A stretch of DNA of 64,000 nucleotides from Candidatus Omnitrophota bacterium (GTDB lineage: Bacteria; Omnitrophota; Gorgyraeia; Zapsychrales; Zapsychraceae): NCBI GenBank assembly GCA_028280285.1, contig JANQMA010000017.1, positions 993 to 64,992 of the forward strand, written 5' to 3'. Position 1 is the stretch's first letter. Every line of letters begins with the position of its first letter. The position numbers were made by a program, and so were the translations under genes. The notes under the pieces are model-generated. The model saw nothing but the letters and a program-made list of their open reading frames with translations, ran no database searches and was not told the origin of the DNA. Positions 60,470-64,000 of this stretch are shown here, one piece after another.

Positions 60470-62452
60470 ATGAAAAAAATTTTATTGATTATTTTAGTGA
60501 TCACGCTTTTAGGCGGAGGCACTTATTTGTATTTACAAAAGAGCTCACCCGCAAGTGACTTTGAAAGCATTGTGCCCGATGGACCGATCGCCTACATCGA
60601 AGTAACAGATGCCGAGAAGAATTTAAACCGTTTTATGTCTTCTCAATTTTTTGAAAGCTTGGCCAACTTGGATCCCGGGGAAGTCTCGCCGGTTAGTAAT
60701 CCCCTAAAACAGTTTAGAGAGGCTTTAGAATCGGATGAATCGATCAAATCGTTTATGACGATTGTCAAACATAAGGTTGCCTTGGTGGTCTATGATATCA
60801 ACATTGATTTTGCCCAGACAATGAAGACAACGGAATTTCCTTTGGATCAGATGTTTAAGGTGCTTGAGAGTTTTTATGTGCTCATCGAACTTGATGCTGG
60901 CATGAAGGCGGCCGAAATTATTGCCAGTGCCTTGCAGGCATTTGGCGACGGGGTAAGTGTCGAAAAAAAAGAGCATAGCGGGCACACATATCAAGTTGTT
61001 ACAGCCGGAGTGGATCAGCCGAGCATTTCTTACACACGTTTGGGTAATGTCTTGGTTGTGACCCTTGCTGAAAATGCGATGAGAAAAGCGATTGATGTCA
61101 AAAACGGTGCTCAAACTTCTTTGGCGAGTGATGCCAAGTTTCAGGCAGCGCGCAAAGACACAGCGGGAGATATTTTTGGATATTACAGTTTTGATCATCT
61201 CACGCAGCTGATGGAAACTATGTTTGCATCTGTTCCGGATGATATTGTTAAAAACCAGGCACAAAAGCAATTAACTTTTTTTGAAGGTCTGAATTATGGG
61301 GTGTTTTCCTCCGATTGGGATGAGTTTATCTCAATGCATTGGATTATAGATTATGATAGCGCCAAATTACATAAAGATTATGTCGATAATTACGAGAGTT
61401 GCGTAGGAGAGCAGAATAAGACAATCAAGTTTGTTCCGCAAGATGTGTTGGGATATTATTGGGCCGGATGTATTGACTGGAGGCAAATGCTCGAAGAAGT
61501 CAAACAAGGACTCGGACAAATCCAGAATTCTGCTGCGACCGGTGCAATGGCATTTGCCGAACCGTATCTAAACATATTGGGTAGCGACATGGGCGGATTT
61601 TTAACCGACATTGAACAAGGTGTGTTTCCTATTCCGAATTTAATGCTTTTTATCGGGTTAAATGATGTTGAAGCGGTGCAAACAATGATTGCGCCCTTTT
61701 TAGAAAGTCCGTTTGCCCGTATCGAAGCACTTGACTATGAAGGGCAAAAAGTGTTCAAGGTGCAGCTGCCGGTGAATGTGATCATGCCGGGATACGCCTT
61801 TATCGACAAGCATCTTGTTATTGCCACACACGTGAGTCAGCTACAAGAATCTATTGCTTTATCTAAAGGTAAAGGCAAGTCTCTTACTGATAATGATACA
61901 TACAAAAATATTGGGCTTGGTTCGTCGAAAGATGGCAATAGCGCACAATATTTTGAATTAAGCCGTTTAATGACAAAGTTGTTGGCTTATGAAGATTTTT
62001 CTAAAAGTATGCTCCGTCAGCAAGAAGAAAAAAAGCAAGCGTTTATGGAAGGCAGTGTTAGAAGACTTGAGGATATCCAAACGCGTATTAACCGTAAGCA
62101 AGAGGAGCTTAAGAAACAAGAAGATGAAGTTACTGCCTTGGAAGACGCCCTATTTCTTGATGAAACCAAAGGCCTTGATGTATCGGTCCAAAGGCGGACA
62201 ATTGAAGACCTGCAAAGTGATATGGCAACATTGAAAACGGATATTGAAGTTGCCCGTGAGCAAGAGGCAGACACACAGGCTATTCTTGATTCTTACACAG
62301 ATACTGTTGGTCAAACCGCATCAATAGAGGCCACATTGGATCATGTGGCAGTGCCTTTGCTCAATGCATTAAAAAACATAGATGTCTTTGCCGGAAAGGC
62401 AACCACGACCAAAGACAAGACGAAAACAAAATTCATTTTAAAGGTAAAATAA
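60470..62452 (+). CDS. membrane-anchored DUF3352-like protein with coiled-coil insert
   Basis: N-terminal TM, duplicated alpha/beta units, long coiled coil near the C-terminus; family assignment by resemblance. Confidence 0.5.
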   Translation: MKKILLIILVITLLGGGTYLYLQKSSPASDFESIVPDGPIAYIEVTDAEKNLNRFMSSQFFESLANLDPGEVSPVSNPLKQFREALESDESIKSFMTIVKHKVALVVYDINIDFAQTMKTTEFPLDQMFKVLESFYVLIELDAGMKAAEIIASALQAFGDGVSVEKKEHSGHTYQVVTAGVDQPSISYTRLGNVLVVTLAENAMRKAIDVKNGAQTSLASDAKFQAARKDTAGDIFGYYSFDHLTQLMETMFASVPDDIVKNQAQKQLTFFEGLNYGVFSSDWDEFISMHWIIDYDSAKLHKDYVDNYESCVGEQNKTIKFVPQDVLGYYWAGCIDWRQMLEEVKQGLGQIQNSAATGAMAFAEPYLNILGSDMGGFLTDIEQGVFPIPNLMLFIGLNDVEAVQTMIAPFLESPFARIEALDYEGQKVFKVQLPVNVIMPGYAFIDKHLVIATHVSQLQESIALSKGKGKSLTDNDTYKNIGLGSSKDGNSAQYFELSRLMTKLLAYEDFSKSMLRQQEEKKQAFMEGSVRRLEDIQTRINRKQEELKKQEDEVTALEDALFLDETKGLDVSVQRRTIEDLQSDMATLKTDIEVAREQEADTQAILDSYTDTVGQTASIEATLDHVAVPLLNALKNIDVFAGKATTTKDKTKTKFILKVK

Positions 62453-62841
62453 TGACGCAGTCCCGTTACGATAAGGGGTGGGAGACGCTTGGCAATATTA
62501 ATAGTGAAGCGGGCGAACGCATCCTTAATATGCTTAAAGATATCAGTCCTGATATGGCCAAGCTTGTCATTGAGTTTCCCTATGGCGATATCTGGTCGAG
62601 AAAAGGCCTTGATATTAAAACGCGGGAATTGATTACCATTGCATCGTTGACAACATTGGGATTCCCCAAAGATCAGCTTAAGGCACATACGCACAATGCC
62701 CTTAATGCGGGTTGCAGTAAAGAAGAGATCATTGAGGTGGTTATGCAGATGAGTGTTTATGCGGGATTTCCGGCGGCGCTTAATGCGATGTTTGTGGTGA
62801 AGGAGGTCCTGGAGAGCAGGGGCTTGCTTGAGAATAGCTAA
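62452..62841 (+). CDS. carboxymuconolactone decarboxylase (CMD) family protein
   Basis: YGDIWSRKGLDIKTRELITIA, QLKAH, YAGFPAALN. Confidence 0.92.
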   Translation: MTQSRYDKGWETLGNINSEAGERILNMLKDISPDMAKLVIEFPYGDIWSRKGLDIKTRELITIASLTTLGFPKDQLKAHTHNALNAGCSKEEIIEVVMQMSVYAGFPAALNAMFVVKEVLESRGLLENS

Positions 62842-62843
62842 TG

Positions 62844-62913
62844 GTGGTCTGTGTTCCGTGTTCTGTGTTCTGTATCGTTCCAAGATGACCACTGACCACA
62901 GATCACAGACCAC
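62844..62913. repeat. heptamer-arm IR, GTGGTC family
   Basis: GTGGTCT GTGTTCC GTGTTCT GTGTTCT ... GACCACT GACCACA GATCACA GACCAC. Confidence 0.9.
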
Positions 62914-62936
62914 TATTATCTAGTTCATACAGCGAG

Positions 62937-63269
62937 ATGGAGCAAGGGATGGAATTTTCATACGGCCAAGGGGCATACAAAGAAGGCGCCAAAGATTTTA
63001 GCGGGCAGATTATCCTTGCCGAGCACAAACTGTTTTTAAGAGACGGGCAAACAGATATTTTAGAAACCTATGTTCCGCTTGAAAAGATTGAAGTTTTATG
63101 TAAAAAGGGAAGCGCAATGACCGTTTTTGTCCGTCCGTCACTTTATTTTCAATATGAGGCTATATTTTCCGGTGAGGCTAAGCATATTAATGAATTGGTG
63201 AAGGATATTGTGAAACGTAGAGGGTTAAAGAAGAAGTTTTGGAAGAGTGAATGGGTGGAAGTTAATTAA
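62937..63269 (+). CDS. hypothetical protein
   Basis: 110-aa ORF in operon orientation. Confidence 0.65.
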   Translation: MEQGMEFSYGQGAYKEGAKDFSGQIILAEHKLFLRDGQTDILETYVPLEKIEVLCKKGSAMTVFVRPSLYFQYEAIFSGEAKHINELVKDIVKRRGLKKKFWKSEWVEVN

Positions 63270-63293
63270 TGATCACTTTTCAGCAAGGAATTT

Positions 63294-63479
63294 ATGACCA
63301 ATAAACGTTTAATTGTTCTACTCTTATTGCTTCTGCTCACCCAGCAAGGCTGCCTGGGGGCGCTGATCAATGCACCGTTTCAAATTATCGGTAATGTGTT
63401 TAATATGATCGGACAAATATTTGGTCTTATCGGAAAGATACCTAAGCCGCCGCCCGGCGTTATCCCAGGTGTTTTTTAG
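63294..63479 (+). CDS. small putative lipoprotein
   Basis: SD AAGGA; hydrophobic signal followed by QQGC. Confidence 0.6.
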   Translation: MTNKRLIVLLLLLLLTQQGCLGALINAPFQIIGNVFNMIGQIFGLIGKIPKPPPGVIPGVF

Positions 63480-63493
63480 CCGGTTAATGTTTT

Positions 63494-64000
63494 ATGTTTA
63501 AAATCACCGCCAAACAATTATTAAATCAAACCGTCCATAAAATTGAAGTTGTAGCGCCGGATATTGCGCGGCGGTTTTCAGCGGGTCAGTTTGTTACGCT
63601 CAGAGTAGAGCCGTCTTCTTATTCCGTGGCGCTGTCGACTGTCTATGTGGATCCGACTAAAGGAACTCTGGCGCTTGTTTTTGACGGGGGTCATCAAGCA
63701 TTTCAAAAGCTCGCCCGTTTAAAGATTGGTGATGAGATTTTTGCCGTACATGGACCGTTAGCACAGTCTTGCCTCCCGCTTAAATTCGGCAAAGTTTTAT
63801 GTGTCAGTGAGAATAATTTTCTTACTAATAATTTATCCCTATGCCGCGGGCTTAAAACGTTTGGTAATAAAGTTATCGGTGTAGCCGGTTTTGAAACCAA
63901 GGCGGATATTATTCTTGAACCGCAGCTTAGGGCTAATTGTGATGACGTGATGATTGTCACCAATGACGGCTCCTATGATCGTAAAGGAACATTGGTCGAT
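63494..64000 (+). CDS. NfnA/PyrK-like FAD/NAD-binding subunit, divergent, partial
   Basis: Manual translation MFKITAKQLLNQTVHKIEVVAPDIARRFSAGQFV...GPLA...TNDGSYDRKG; runs off the window end. Confidence 0.75.
   Translation, partial: MFKITAKQLLNQTVHKIEVVAPDIARRFSAGQFVTLRVEPSSYSVALSTVYVDPTKGTLALVFDGGHQAFQKLARLKIGDEIFAVHGPLAQSCLPLKFGKVLCVSENNFLTNNLSLCRGLKTFGNKVIGVAGFETKADIILEPQLRANCDDVMIVTNDGSYDRKGTLVD

Overview
Bacterial chromosome segment, nearly all genes on the + strand. The lineage is probably Candidatus Omnitrophota (PVC), inferred from the style of the giant secreted protein and the gene content; this is not verified. Layout: a partial AsmA-like gene (- strand) and tRNA-Pro; a ~20 kb signalling block (alpha-carbonic anhydrase, MCP, cheA, cheW, cheD-like, cheR, cheB, a CheD-REC fusion, four hybrid kinases, a GAF protein); tRNA-Arg and tRNA-His with a decayed toxin-antitoxin islet; housekeeping genes (two PilZ genes, rluA-family, uvrB, coaX, CIRCE-controlled groESL, guaB3-family, guaA); a 2504-aa secreted modular protein; two AbrB-type TA pairs; dnaE, ihf/hup, hisS, aspS, phoH, HDIG, ybeY, recO, dtd, tatD; and a partial NfnA-like gene. 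Three signals stand out. (1) The giant protein is a string of about 7 unrelated cargo modules (HPr-like, HExxH, GNAT-like) joined by DNA-conserved ENAAL-x5-DxA(A/V)M linkers. (2) A zoo of inverted-repeat elements with 7-8 nt periodic arms, in about 9 sequence families, sits between genes, nests inside itself, supplies stop codons and lies in frame inside ybeY and the giant gene. (3) A ~100 bp double-hairpin motif with tandem GA/GA mismatches occurs twice in opposite orientations with extensive compensatory stem changes.
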